Shown in pieces: positions 1 through 14,153 of a stretch of DNA of 64,000 bases. Positions within the stretch are counted from its first letter, which is position 1. Every line of letters begins with the position of its first letter. The notes below the pieces were generated by a model. That model made no database searches. It was not told where the DNA came from and saw nothing but the letters and a program-made list of their open reading frames with translations. Made by a program: the position numbers and the translations under genes. This DNA comes from Octopus vulgaris (Eukaryota): the NCBI GenBank assembly GCA_951406725.2, contig OX597815.1:112530001-112594000 (forward strand), written 5' to 3'.

Positions 1-1850
1 CTGGTGAGGTTGCAAAGAAATCCACTGGTTGGTTCATTTGTCGTTCATTTCCAGCGGGTGGTAAAGACACATTTGAATGCGTCATTCAGTACCTCACTGA
101 TCCAGGTTGGGCTATCTGTGAGGGAGCCATCCTTCTGGAAGATGGGTACTACTTTGCAGCGTACTGAGGTTTGTTTCTTTGGCATAATGAAAGAACGCCT
201 TTGGATTTGAGTTGATGTTTTTTATAACCCAGGCTTCTTTATCTGCTCTCTCCTTCATATAGGGCTGTTGCAGTCTTTTTTCAATCTCCATCAGTGTTAT
301 CTTCAGCCAAGACCTTTCACTACTCTAGGGATGTTGGTTCAGCCTTCGTCCGTCGTCTCATGAGGATCTTCCTCTCCCCTGGGATCTTGATCCTTTTTTT
401 AATGGCTCTGTGCCCTGGGACGTGTTTCTGGCATATGGTTTGCATAACAGACATGAAATATTCTAGTTTTATGCCAATGTCTGGGGTGGAGAGATATTTC
501 GACCAGTCCTGTCTGCGGATCTCTTTTTGGATCAATTGTCAGTCTGCTTTGTGGAAGTTCAGATGGGAGAGATTTTGGGTGCTCCCTTTAGACTGCTTGT
601 CTCTGGCTACTTTTGATCCATATATAGACAGCCCTATTATATTGTGATCCAAAACTACTCTCGGCGTCACTTTCACATTATGAACGATGTTCATATTGTT
701 TGTGAAGCAGAGATCCAATATGTTATTGTTATTCGCCTTGCTTGATCGGAGCACAATTTGCTCCATGAATAGGGCATTGATGAAGTTGAGCAGGGACCCC
801 AGCTGTACTTATTTGGAATGAGTCATTCCTGAAAGCATGAGGCCCTCGGGCCATTTGATAATGTGGAAGTTGAAATCACCCATAAGAAACACACTCACAT
901 GATGTTAAAGTTTTATGAGTGTTTCTTTTATTCTTGTGAGGCAGTTTTCAAACTTACCTGTGTTGTTTGCAACATCCGGTCGGCGATATGTATTGCGTAT
1001 GACTATATTGTGTTGTCTTATGTATACAACGTGAGAGCTACATACTGAATATGAGAATGACAGTAGGACCTGGGACGTGAGGTCCTCATGGATGTATACA
1101 GCAACTCTGCCATGGCTCCTTTCCATTCTGTCGGTTCACAGTATGGTATATTTTAGTACGTGCACTCCTGCATCCTTTATATCAGGCATAGGATGAGTTT
1201 CTATGGGTACTAATCATAGGACTTGATTGCATACAGCAAGGTCACCCAGGAACAAAGATTTTGCATTAGTTGTTGTAATGCGACAATCCTCCAATATTTA
1301 GTAAAAAATATTGGCGTGACGACTGTATTGGCGTCAGAGGAGGCCAACTTGTGTCTGTTGATTGTGGGGACTTGCGCAGTGGGGAGCAAATTCCGTGTTT
1401 GCGCTTGATGTAACCAGGTCAGATGCGCCATGCCAAAAATAGACACTTGCTTAGTTGCTGCCTTTTACATACATCTTAAGAGCGCATTGCATTTGCATAC
1501 TTCCTCTTTGGAGACGCTTGATGCCACGCGTCTGGAAAGTACTTCTCTTTAAGTCCCTACAGTTTTGGTGGGGGTCTCGGGTGAGCAAACTGACAGTTTG
1601 TACCGTGTCTCCCCATACCAGCATTTGAATTGTAGGTAAACGTTGCACGTCTTCGTTTTCACTTCAAATGTTTTTCTCTCCTCTAGAGTTAGGTATTCCA
1701 GTGGAGCCTCCATATTTGAGTTGTTTTTTGTGTTTTTTTTATTTAGAGGCTTTGGGTTTCGGTTTTAGTTTTGTTGTTTCATCTGTTCCATTTCCTTTTC
1801 CTTCCTATCCTTTTTCTTTTTAATGTTTTAGCTTGTATATACTTTTTCGT
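1..1850 (-). mobile_element. Decayed APE-type non-LTR retrotransposon (ORF1 with CCCH-like zinc fingers plus ORF2 endonuclease), runs off window start
   Basis: Minus-strand fragments give APE motifs in order: ETHPMPDIKDAGVHVLKYTIL*TDRMERSHGRVAVYI, VFLMGDFN, NILDLCFTN...VLDHNII. Upstream (~1430-1650) reads CNVYLQFKCWYGET/GTNCQFAHP across a frameshift. Multiple stops and frameshifts. Confidence 0.85.
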
Positions 1851-1865
1851 CTTCGCTTATACATA

Positions 1866-3200
1866 CTAGCAGAAGTACCCAGCGTTGTCCGGGTTAAAGC
1901 TAATAAGAAGATATCATCTAAAACTTTGATATAAGAGTTTTTTCCTTAATAATTATTGTGAAAATTGGTTCTAACATTACTGGCGTCACAAATTCTGTGA
2001 GATCAACAACAATAATATACATGAAATAGAAAACACGTAAAAGCAATTTATGATAACACTTTTTTATAAATATTATGAATTTTTGCCACTAGAGTATAAA
2101 TGAAAATACTATTTTAACGTCCAATATTTGAGCACCCAACATACAATTGTCCATGTGAGAAGCAAGGCTCCTCTAATTGCAAACAATTTACTGATAGCGT
2201 TTCTCCTTACTGATTGAAATTGTTTGTTGATGGAAATTGCAAAACTTAGTCTAATTGGAAACTGTACTATTTTAAATTGTACTGAAAATTTTACTGCTCC
2301 ACATCTAAAAAGCAACGTAGCTTCTATAACATTTGGCGTCATTTCCTTCACAATACGTTCTACTCCATTGCACAATTTTGGAGTACCTAAATTTCTTATT
2401 TAGGTGCTCCAAGTTTCAAATTAACTTTATGAGGAGGTAAACCTAGTCAGTTTAAAAACGGAACTGGATAATATACTGTTTCTGGTTTATTGAGGAAATT
2501 TGAATTAAAGGTTCCGAAGCATAGTCTTGATGTGGATTATAACTAAAAGCAGCAACGTTCAACTCGGCAAAATTTGGATTGGTAAATCTTCTGTTCTGGC
2601 TCTCTGTTCAAATTGACTTTGAGTTGTTTCAGTTTCAGTTTCTTCACTTTGATTTTGAGCTGCTCTATTTCTCTTCGTTTGTTTAGACGAATAGTTGCGT
2701 TCAGTGCCCTATCATCAACAACTCTTTTTAATCTTTGTTCTTTTGATTCATTTTGTCTATCTTCCGCTGTTCTTTTTCTTTGATTTTGAAGTCGTTTTTG
2801 TTGCTGCTTTTCCTTTTCATTCTCCCGTTTTAGCTGCATGTATTTGTGTATGTGTGACTGTCTGTGTGTGTGTGTGTATGTGCGCGTACACACACGCACA
2901 CTCCTGTTCTAGAAAGCCCTCTCTTGATCCAGAAAGCAATCTCCTGATTCAGACAGCAATCTCCTGATCCAGAGAGCATTTCTCCTCATTCCTACTTCCG
3001 GTCATTTACTTCAAAAAAGGTGACCACACGTGCTTCTTGGTGATTGTTTCCCCCTCCTTCGTATTGGACTTTCGTGTTGCTTCCTGTTTTAGAAGTGGAG
3101 CTATGCTTGAATCGTAAATTTGTCTCGCATAATATTTGAGAGTTATTAAGTAGTAAAATGAGCTGCAAATATAGAAAGTTGTCCACACAGATATCCAAAT
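1866..3200 (-). mobile_element. Internally deleted Helitron relic
   Basis: 3' end on minus: hairpin ACCCGGACAACGCTGGGT (1877-1894), then CTAG|T (1866-1869). PIF1-like helicase fragment CNGVERIVKEMTPNVIEATL...VQFPIRLSFAISINK (2109-2375). Charged ESKEQRLKR segment (2543-2899) resembles Helitron N-terminal repeats. 5' boundary uncertain. Confidence 0.85.
2901..2991. repeat. 20-bp minisatellite, ~4.5 copies, inside the Helitron
   Basis: Variants of the unit CTCCTGATCCAGAAAGCAAT in tandem. Confidence 0.85.
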
Positions 3201-3394
3201 AAATAATGTAATGAATTAATGTTTGTGAGTGTGTGTGACTGTATGTGATTGCGTGTATGAGCGTGTATATGTGTATGTGGGTATGTGTCTGTGCATACAC
3301 CCTCCCACACATATATATGTAGAAAGAGAGAGAGAGAGATTGATATATATATGCTGAGACAAAAACATTTACGTGTGCGTAAAAATGTGTGTGC

Positions 3395-3512
<118 letters not shown>

Positions 3513-4469
3513 CATGCATAAGTACTCATACACAAAGAAACTTACAGCCGCATAAACGATTGCGATATACTAAAACGAAACACACGGTGATGTATTGACA
3601 TTTTTACATAATTCTATACGCAATATACAATATATGCGCACAGAAACATCTGTGTATGTATGTTTATACATATGCATATATACTCCTTCGTATTTATTTA
3701 TTTATATGTATCTGGAACGAATATAGGGAGTGAGGAAGAAATAGAGCAAAAGGGGGAGTAAATATTTTGTATTCAATTTTTACACATTAACAATATTATA
3801 AAATATATCTTGGGAAATTATATTTTGCCATAATTATGTAAGTGTGTATTATAAAATTTTAGGCGTATAAGATGATTATCAGAATTAAATTATATCTTAA
3901 AAAACGAAATTTTGATATACGAGATAGTATGTATGCATATGTGTGTGTCTCTGCATATATTAAATAACATAATAGACACCAAATTGTGCATCATCATTTT
4001 AATGGTGAATATATGAGGAACATTTTTTTTCAACTTCAGCACGATATATCGGCAAACACAAATTTGCTGCTGTTCACATGATTTATTTTACATCTGCAGG
4101 CTCACTCAAACTCTCAGACAACGTTCAATTTCAGAGATAACCTATGAGTTAATTTCTTCTCTGATGGCATGCATTCGTATAACAAAACTCCCTTTAAAAA
4201 AATGGTCACCCATCTGGTTGAGCGTTCGAATAGCTAATCAAAAGATTAAAGTGACTTCAGGAAATGATGCTGATAGTGAGTGTTTGTAGTGTTAATTTGT
4301 TTGCTGCACATTACCATTACTTTTGCTTTTCCGCTCCGTCATTATGAGATTGCAAATCGTTTGAAAGCATTGGAGCTTAACAGGCCACTGTTACTTCAAT
4401 TATCACCTCAGTTTAAGTCTCAAAATTTATAAACACACAGAAACACGCACACACACACGCACACACACA

Positions 4470-5030
4470 TATATTACATCCAATTGTAATTTCAGGAAGA
4501 GACTAATTCCGAATTAGGGGCAGTATTTCGATTTAAATAAGAGAATGTAGTAGGATTCATTGATGCAAGGCTGGCAAGGATATTTTTTCTTTGTTATGAT
4601 ATCTGTGTTACAGAAATTTCCAATTAGCGATAAAAGTGGTTTTATTTGGTTTTAATGGTTTTATATACATGGATAATGAAGTGTCATTTTTCTTGTTTGG
4701 TTTGCGGACATTATGTGTATATTTGTTGTATCCTGTCTTGAACTTGTTTGATAAAGAGCCTATATATCAATGTAGTTGGTGGTGTAGTGGTCCTGATTAC
4801 AGTTGCATTATAGATAATATTACGTGTGTGACACTTTCCGTTTAGAGGGCAGGATCAAAGATCTTTCTGCGTATGGTATTTTTATGTTCTATTTGTTTGT
4901 TATTTTATGGTATTTATAGCTGGAGTGGAGTGTTATTAGAGTATTCTGAAAAATATTCTACTTATTGGCATAAAGACATGTACGTTGAAGAGAGGAATGG
5001 ACCTGGTACTTTGGGGTTTATTTTGTTTAT
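4470..5030 (-). mobile_element. Penelope-like element fragment, GIY-YIG endonuclease
   Basis: Minus strand reads SCPLNGKCHTRNIIYNATV, then after a frameshift YIGSLSNKFKTGYNKYTHNVRKPNKKNDTSLSMYI, followed by WKFL and CQPCINES. This matches the PLE CPLxGxC..IY..YIG..FKxRY pattern. Confidence 0.85.
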
Positions 5031-5174
5031 ATTACGTACATTTTTTCAGTAAATCCTGTTACTGAGTGCTGCGATAAAGTGCGAATTCCATTGGATATAT
5101 TTTCATTGGAATATAAAGCGGAAGTCTTAGTAATGTGTTCTTTACTAGGTTGATACACACACACACATACACAC

Positions 5175-5255
<81 letters not shown>

Positions 5256-6089
5256 AGGAAAGCAGCTATAAGCAATATCAAGCCAAAAGCAAAAATTCAA
5301 TTGTCACTAATTGTGAATGACGTTACAAAGTACTACCTACATGACTAAAAAGAAGAGCTAAAAGCCCTTAGGACATAAGATTCCTTGCGCCATTAGGCCT
5401 TTTAGGTCTTATGTCTAGCAATGCAGGTCCAACCTTGCACTGACAGTCACAATTAGTGGCATATGTGTGTGTGTGTGTCTTTGTATGTATATATATATAT
5501 GTATATAAATATATATATGTGTATGTATATATGCATATGTATATATTTATATATTTATATTATTGTCTATATATCCACATTGTTACGTAAGGCAGGAACG
5601 ATACACGTATGATTTTACATGCTACATAAATGTGTGTCATATTTTTCCATATATGCATGTGTGGGTCATAATCTGCAGAAGAAATAGAGTTGATTAGATT
5701 ATCACTAGCGCGAATAACTTAAAGTACATCTAATATGCATAAAGTCTTCAGGTCGTTTATTGATTTCTACAAATGTTGTACAGAAAGTAATACAATAATG
5801 ACCTTAAACTATTTTCATTATCCTATATAGGTCATTCAAAAAGCATGTTAGTAGAGTAGTTCCTCCTTTATATTAAATCTCTTTCCTGCTTTTCTTCGTA
5901 GCAAGACAATAACAACATGCTGTCGAGATTTTGACAAAAGGAAAAGTAGACTTTCCGACATCAAGAGAAGATTACAGGATATAACACCTGTGACAATAGC
6001 ACAGACGAAAGGAGGGAAAACCAATATTATGACAAACCACGCTCTAGGAGATCGGTAACTGCGACAACAATTAGTCAACGACTATACAA

Positions 6090-7010
6090 ATTTCTTTATG
6101 CGGAGAGACTAGTCCCAATCCTCGAGTCTGCTGCTGAACACTATTGACAGAAGCACTGTGCGTAGACGGATGAATATGTTTAAAGAACTGGTACCAATAT
6201 TGAAGACAAACGACTCACTCGGAGGCTAGTAACTGCTGCCAAAATTCATCAGCGTGTGAACAGATTGATTCATGCAGAAAGTGTAATCCTAATCTTTGAT
6301 TCCACTACACAACGGAAATGTGGTTACAATCCCATTACAGAAAATGATGGAAGACATTCGGTTTCAGAAAATCTGTGCAGAGCACTTCGTATTTGTTACC
6401 CTGTTTAAAGGAGAGAATTGTAGAAGTATGCTCTTGCCTGCTGCTAGCGTTTGAATCTAATGAAGATACGATTGGCTCCCATCTTGTGAGAGGAACTGTA
6501 CAGTGAACATTTTATTGATTTATAAACGAAGGCTCTGTCAGTGGAATAGCGTCACCCCTTTTCTCTAAGGTCAAAGAAAATCAAGAGCTTACATTTTGCA
6601 TGAATCCTTTGTGGTTGGTTGCCAAGAGCGTTATTCTCTTTTATTCTAGAACACAGCTGTAATTAAAAAGTGATTATTACGTTGAGACACTAAAAACCCT
6701 TAGAGAAGTCATTGAAATGAAGATGTACATCTACCATGAGAATGCGTGAAGTCGCATATATTTGGCAGCAAATTAGGCAGTCAACAAAGCGGACAATGTA
6801 GTAGCCCCAAACCTATCATACAGCTAGGATATAGCAGTCTCTGACGCCCACATGTTTGTTCCAATGAAGAACAGCTTTCGGGGACAGAAAATTGATTGCA
6901 GAAACGAACAAAAAGTGGCTTTCAATAAACTGATACAGCAGTTCACACAAAAATTGGTTCAAAAAGTGTACTACAAGAGATATATTCAATGACAGTACAA
7001 TGCTAATTTT
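6090..7010 (+). mobile_element. Decayed mariner transposase relic
   Basis: HENA (cf. HDNA) and PNLSYS*DIAVSDAHMFVPMKNSFRGQK (cf. PHPPYSPDLAPSDFHLF...LRG) at ~6735-6890; TIRs not recognisable. Confidence 0.7.
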
Positions 7011-7407
7011 GAGTAATTCTTTTTATAAAATGGAAGATTTACTCTACGAAAGTTAACAATATTAATTATACGTAATAGTTGATAACACTGTCGTGAACTA
7101 TTGCACTATTTTGCATTAAATTACATACAACTCAATTATGAGCTAAGCTCAGTATAACAAAAAACAACTTGCATGGGTGTACTTATCGTAGATTTGAAGA
7201 AGATAGTAACATTGACAGGAAGCGAAGCTTCTCTTGTACTCATGATCTCTACATTGCATTACACATAAAAGGTTATGCATTTGCAATTCAAGAACAGAAG
7301 GCAGAAGGTTTTTACTAAATACCTCATCAACAAAAGAGACAAGGAAGTCCTTGGAGTTCCAAGATGCAACCGTAAATGAAAATCATGTCAAATTTAGCTC
7401 GAACATG

Positions 7408-7455
<48 letters not shown>

Positions 7456-7869
7456 TTAAATAGATGCATGTATGTATATATAGATGTGTATGTGTGTACA
7501 TATATCTACGATATAAATGGGAATGTGTGTATGTATGTGTATACACCTCCGAAAAGCTCTAAAATGGTGTGTCCTCGAGAGAAGCGGATTTTATTTTCTA
7601 AATCACAGTACCAAAAGAAGTTCTTTTTTCAATAATAAAAAATATGATTTGATATGAGAATTAACTCAGCTTTCAAATCGCTAAATCTCATTCTCTCTAT
7701 CTGTCATATCTGTGAATCTTTCGCTCTTTGTCATTTACAAGTTCACCCTCCCTATATATACTTATCACACTCTCTCGCATTTTTCTTTGTATATGCATCC
7801 CCCCTCTCTCTCTCACTCTTTTCTCTGTATATGAATCTCCCTCTTTCTCTTTCTCTCTTTAACTTTCTT

Positions 7870-7904
<35 letters not shown>

Positions 7905-7909
<5 letters not shown>

Positions 7910-8506
7910 CCTCTTGATACGACATGTAATTTCATTGATTTGTTTAAAACGTCGTCGCTGTAATGTTTGCTTTCATTTTGTGATGGCTACTACGCAGAAA
8001 ATTCTAGCTTCCAAGATTTGTGTTTCGACAGGCTTAAGGTTATCAAACGTGAAACATCGGAAACATTCTTCTAATTTGTTTATCTGGGGCAAAATGAATG
8101 TCAAAATCGTATTCAGCGTGAAAAATTACATCAGTATACCAAATTTGAAATGTTTCACTTGATTTTAAAATTTCAATATTTATGACAGCACCAGAAAAGA
8201 TCCCCTCTCCCTGTGTCTCTCCGATACGTCGATTACAGACTCAGAAGACGATCTCCCATTTCAGTTCAAATGATTAAAATTAACAGTGAGACTTAGTTTT
8301 GCCATAACCATCAACAAATCGCAAGGGTAAGCATTTTCGGTTGCCGGCTCAAACTTTGAAAAACCTGCTCCATCGTTGGTCATCTTTACGTTGGATGTTC
8401 TTGAGCAGGAAGCAAAACCTTTATATCTATCCACCTAGTGAAAATAACTTCAAATAAAGACATTCCATTGTGAAATTTGGCTCGCAACGACGGCATACCC
8501 AGCTAG
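7905..8506 (+). mobile_element. Short non-autonomous Helitron relic
   Basis: DLPFQFK*LKLTVRLSFAITINKSQG and GHLYVGCS* (PIF1 C-terminal motifs) at ~8250-8410. Degenerate hairpin GCTCGCAACGACGGC, then CTAG|T at 8503-8506. 5' end approximate. Confidence 0.8.
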
Positions 8507-8932
<426 letters not shown>

Positions 8933-8977
8933 ATATTTATATATATAGACTTTATTAAAAAGCAGCAAAAAATCACA

Positions 8978-9023
8978 AAAACTGTTACTCGGAGTTTCAC
9001 GTTCTCGTTCGTCGGACAGTTTT
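8978..9023 (-). ncRNA. Type I hammerhead ribozyme-like motif in a short PLE terminal-repeat-like element (~8945-9065)
   Basis: Minus strand: AAAACTGT-CCGACGA-ACG(AGAA)CGT-GAA-ACTC(C)GAGT-A-ACAGTTTT. 8-bp stem I, stem II, self-complementary stem III, GUA triplet; core has C instead of U at position 4. Confidence 0.7.
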
Positions 9024-9069
9024 GTTTCTAATATGCTTTTTAATAAAGCACATTACTCTACCTCTAGTA

Positions 9070-9107
<38 letters not shown>

Positions 9108-9192
9108 CATACATACATACATACATGCGTACATACATATATAGTAAATATATAGGCATATACAGACACATACTTGCACACTTACATACACG

Positions 9193-9236
<44 letters not shown>

Positions 9237-9249
9237 CTGAGAGAGAGGG

Positions 9250-11060
9250 GAGAAACAACATATACCGATAATACAGGCAGTCCGACAGACGAACAGGACA
9301 CCTGTCAAAAGTTACCGTATTATAAGTTTTATAAAGAAATATAATCAAGATTTTAAGTATTTACCACATCATAATCATCACTGTAGACACTCTAGGACAC
9401 ATATTCAACAAAATATTTACGGATCTATGTATAATATCCCACAAGATCACATAACAATAGAACTACCTATTCACAGCAGAATAGCCAATCTCATAAAAAT
9501 CAGAGACAGCCTCAAACACAATACGTCAAATCTACACACAGCGTAAATATAGAAACAACACCAAACAAGTAAACAAGAAAATATTAAATAAAATCATAAG
9601 CAAATGATATTTAGGAGATCGACAAATATTTTTATAGATCTTAAACCATAAAACTGACAATAAATCAGTCTGCAGAGTAATTAGCATAATCGTCAATAAC
9701 AACGATCACAACACACTCAGTACCACAATATCTATTACAAACGATGTATACATACTGCAGTACAAAACACGCTCCCTCGTCAGACATTCTCGAAAAACAA
9801 TGGCTGAAATTCTTCGAAACATTAGATAACAACAAAACGAAAAATACGCACTTTATCCATGGGCTACATTTTTTACACCTCTGCTTGATACGCCCGAAAA
9901 TCAATGCAAAAATGTTTATTCAAAGACCTCCGATTGTACAAAAGTTAAACATACAACTATAGCATCTAACATCGTATTGAAGAAATAGCTGTACTCACCA
10001 TCATATAAATCTCCTCTTAACGGCATCAAATTCTCAAAATCAGGAAGGTGAGCAAAATTATAACAATTCCGTATCCCAGTAATACCCAAAGTCAACTATT
10101 GTAATACTGACACGAAACCCTTCAATGTAATTTCTCAACAAGTATATAGTCTCTTCGTTGCTACTTCTAATTCACATACTCAATTAAACTCACAATTAAA
10201 ACATTAAGTATAATCACTATATTTAATCACCCCCATTACGCATAGATGTAACGGAACTTACCGAATGATTCTAACAACAAATATTTCACTCATATACCAT
10301 TTTAACTAACATCGGTATCACCAAATGTTTCGACATCATATTCCCCTATCTTCTCATTCAACACCCCCGGAAGGAACATTACACGCAGCTTAACATGTAG
10401 TCAGCTGGCTAACAAACTACGTATCAAGCCTATGAGGTGTGCATAAACAATTCCTGCAAGTTTTCGAATGCAGCACTAAAGAGTGCTACCTTTTATCCAC
10501 ACGTTCAAGCTATAAATATATGTATGTCCCATACTTCTACAAAACAAGTATCCGATTTCATATGCAGATAGCATTACACATCTTGCCATAATCCTCCTGA
10601 CAGTACTGCACAAGAAATTCGACCTTCATATATCACTTGTTCCACAATTGCAGACTTCATTTAGTATCTCATATATTCAGTCTCTGATCTTACCAGGAAA
10701 ACCAGAAAACGTGGAATAGGACCAACAGTCAAATATAATACACATATCAAACGCATGTAAAATATTCGGTATTACATACATCTGATTCATATTTACAATA
10801 TATATGCATGTAAAGAAATCAAAATGATGCATATCTATAATTTGAGTAATGCTTGTTACCACATTTAATCACCAACAGAACCGCAATAATGTATAATTGG
10901 TTTTATCACGGATTATGATTTTTTTACTTGAGTCTCCAATTTTTTCCTCAGAAAAAACGTTTATTTTGATGACATTCTGAGGAGCAGTATGAGGCATTTA
11001 AAACAGAATAACCATGTGATACCATGAATCTGATAATATTCGCAGAGTCATCCATAACTA
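9250..11060 (+). mobile_element. Heavily decayed, probably Penelope-like element
   Basis: A/C-rich coding-like strand bias, bounded by (TA)n tracts. Starts with a degenerate HHR-like motif CAGACGA-ACAGG(ACA)CCTGT-CAAAA (9286-9310). No clean protein motif recovered. Confidence 0.4.
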
Positions 11061-11969
11061 TATATATATATATATATAGTCTCTTCCTACTCTGAATGTC
11101 GAGTATAGATGGTCCACCTCACAGGCGCAATCTAAGAATCTCAAGAAACTGACTGGACCAATAAATACATACGCACAGACATATAGATACATAGAGACAT
11201 ACACATACATACATGTAGGTGTAGAGAAATGTTTAAAATATATTTTTGAACGTTCCTTCTACATTTATGCCGACTCCTCCAGCCTAAATCAGTAACCGTT
11301 TTTTTCCCCCTCCCACTATGTAACAGAGATGCATGTTTTATCTACCAACGTAACGTTATTCAGAACGGGTTTTCAAAATATACCTTATACTACGTGGTAT
11401 TTCGCTAACACGATTATGGCTGAAACAAGCACCACCACCAATACCACCACCACCACCACCGGCAAAAACAATGCATACGTACGTGTGTGTGTGTGTGTGC
11501 ATATATATATATAACAATATAACTGTTGGTAAAGAAAACCAGTGTTCAACGAACGAAATTCCCTGTGATATCTGTTATAAAGAGAGTCACAGACACACGC
11601 TTATCGTTCAATCAATGATGCAGCGCAATCAATAATGCAGTGAATCAATGACTGGTCCTTCGTGAGTGTGTAAGCATCGTCGTTATTATTTATCAATTGC
11701 GACAGAAATTAAATAAATGATTAAATTAAATAAGACAGCTGCACACTTTCAACTGTGGTGATGTCATTTGTTTAACATCTTCCAAAACAAAAGCTAGCTT
11801 TAAAGCAATAACAAAAATACAAGCACTTTTGTATATATATATATATATTTGTGTGTGTGTGTGTGTGTATCTTGTCAACTAAATGCAGCCATCATATTTA
11901 CAAATAAAGGTGAAATGCAAAGGCGGAATGCAAAGAAAATTTCCTTCTGTATACCTGTTTCTGGTATAT

Positions 11970-12110
11970 AGCCACAAGCGTGATTGTGTGGCAAGAAGTC
12001 TTGGTGTGATAAAATATATACCAAAATTTCAAATATGGAAGATTCTGGGATCAATTCTATACGGCGGTGTCCCAGCTGTGCCGCAGTCTAATGAATAAAA
12101 GAAGAAAAAG
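11970..12110 (+). mobile_element. Internally deleted SINE family C copy (head joined to tail)
   Basis: GCGTGATTGTGTGGCAAGAAG head and GGCGGTGTCCCAGCTGTGCCGCAGTCTAATGA tail match the ends of 22536-22935. Confidence 0.55.
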
Positions 12111-12577
12111 ATGAAAGATAAACTATGTTTCCTTGTAACTGCATATTCTCATTTCAGAAAAACAAGGAACTAAAACATAGTTGCATTTGATGTTTGGAAT
12201 AAGGAAAACAAAATATATGTTTAATGCATATTGTTATGATGAAATATATTGTGCATTACGTACGGATATGTTTATGGTTTCCGTTCATTTAATATATTTA
12301 TTCTACATCTACACACAACATAGTTTATATTACACAAGTGTGTTTAAACCAAACAGAGCGATATCTTCAAATTGAAATAGAGAGAAAAGAAAAGTTAATG
12401 GTATTACTACAACACTTAGGAGATTGATTGCGAATACTGAGCACTGGCACAGCATGACAACACGCAATGTGCTAGAAATAGAAAACAAATAACGTTCAAA
12501 TTCCAATATACAGTCATGCAATCTTCTAACGAAGACTCAATTGGATAATTTACTACTCGACACTTAACATATATGAT

Positions 12578-12581
<4 letters not shown>

Positions 12582-12647
<66 letters not shown>
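12582..12647. repeat. (CT)n microsatellite
   Basis: Directly visible. Confidence 0.95.
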
Positions 12648-12649
<2 letters not shown>

Positions 12650-13075
12650 GGCATATGCAGTCGCATCGTACCCGACGTTCCGATCGGACCAAGAAATCCA
12701 TGTTTCGATTCGATGTTTTTGTGGATGGTTATAGTTTCGTTATAGTGTGAGTTGGATTATATTATAACGTAGCGATTTTCTAGGATATTTGTTATATGTT
12801 TTGTGTAATCGTCCTGGATAGCAAATCTGCTGAAAATTTGCGGATTGGTGTGTGCTTCTTAACGAAAATTTTCTTGCGTAAAATACGGGCTACGTCATAT
12901 AACACTTTTAACGTTTATGTATATATTTTTCTTTGTTGTGTGATTTTGTTGGAACTGTTACGCTCATAGCTTCACGGCCTGCTTATTTCCAGTTTACACC
13001 ACTTCCATCCCGATAGGTTTTCGACTTATCTTGCGCACGATGTTTCGCTCAGAATGCTTCCAGATATAATAAATC
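12650..13075 (-). mobile_element. Decayed PLE GIY-YIG-like fragment
   Basis: Minus strand gives ...VTVPTKSHNKEKIYI..., loosely like the GIY-YIG region at 4470-5030; partial GGAACGTC HHR-like tail near 12675. Confidence 0.4.
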
Positions 13076-13690
13076 GATGTGTGTGTGTGTGTGTATGCAA
13101 ACACAAAAATATTTATTCTTTGATAAATAATTAAAACTTATCAGCTTCCTTCCTGTAGATTTAGTACAGTGTGATCTGAGATAAAGAATCTTAGTTCCTG
13201 GTAAGAAAATTATTGATCTGAAATCATAATTTTCCGATAATTCAGTCCATTACCTTCTCTTCAATCTTTAACTCCGTTCCAGGAATATCAGAAGAGAGCA
13301 GTGAGTAGACTTCATGGATTTAATAAAATACACTAATATGTATAATTCCCTAACAGATCAAATAAGATTGTCACATACTAGCAGATAGCCAGGTGTGGGT
13401 TTATAGAGGAGAGGGTTTTAACAAATTGTATCCACCTTTGTGTATACAATAAACTTTTGCTTCATGAGATGAAAAGGCGAACTCAATAATAAGATTGGAG
13501 GTGACAAAGTAACAATGTGTAGCATTTAATCTCTCTAGTTTTTCTTACTGGAATTCTGCTTTCGTAGTAACAATATACCAGTAATCAATTAGATAGTTCG
13601 TGTTTATTATGTGTAACTACTGTCAACATTTGTAAATATGAAACTAGTAAACTACGCTGTAATGCAACAATATATTCATTTTATTTTCAG

Positions 13691-13758
13691 ATGCAATTTT
13701 TCAGATACAATCTTACTTAAGGCATTGTTTGTGCTACCATGATTGAATTAACATATCG
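13691..13758 (+). other. Candidate small exon (UTR plus possible start MIELTY)
   Basis: Acceptor TTTTATTTTCAG| at 13690, donor CG|GTGAGT at 13759, ACCATG at 13736-13741; lies in non-repetitive sequence. Confidence 0.35.
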
Positions 13759-14153
13759 GTGAGTATATATTCTAAGTATTGATATCTTTGTTCTTATCGT
13801 TCACAGTTTTCTTTTTTCAATCATCTTTGAAATTACAAAAGAAGAGTCTGGGAGGATAAGACGGCAGACATGATCATTATGTATGCAAGTGCTCTGCAGT
13901 TTCTTGGCCGTTCAAAGTACAGTGGGGCGCGGGAGTGGGGCAGTAGGTGTGGGTATGCATGTAGTGTGTCTATTTGTTAACAAAAGTACCTGGACTTCAA
14001 ATTTCCCCTTTAATTGTTTATTCAACGGGCGAATTATTTCTACAGCGCTCACAAATTGCTGTCAAGTAATTTGTCAAACTGAATAGAAGCGAGTGTTCAT
14101 CTAAAACCCTTATACACGTCTTGTGGTAATTTTGGTTAGTCATAAGAAGATTA

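Noticed and set aside
2901-2991. CRISPR-like repeat array
   Set aside because: Contiguous 20-bp units without unique spacers, in a eukaryotic Helitron context.
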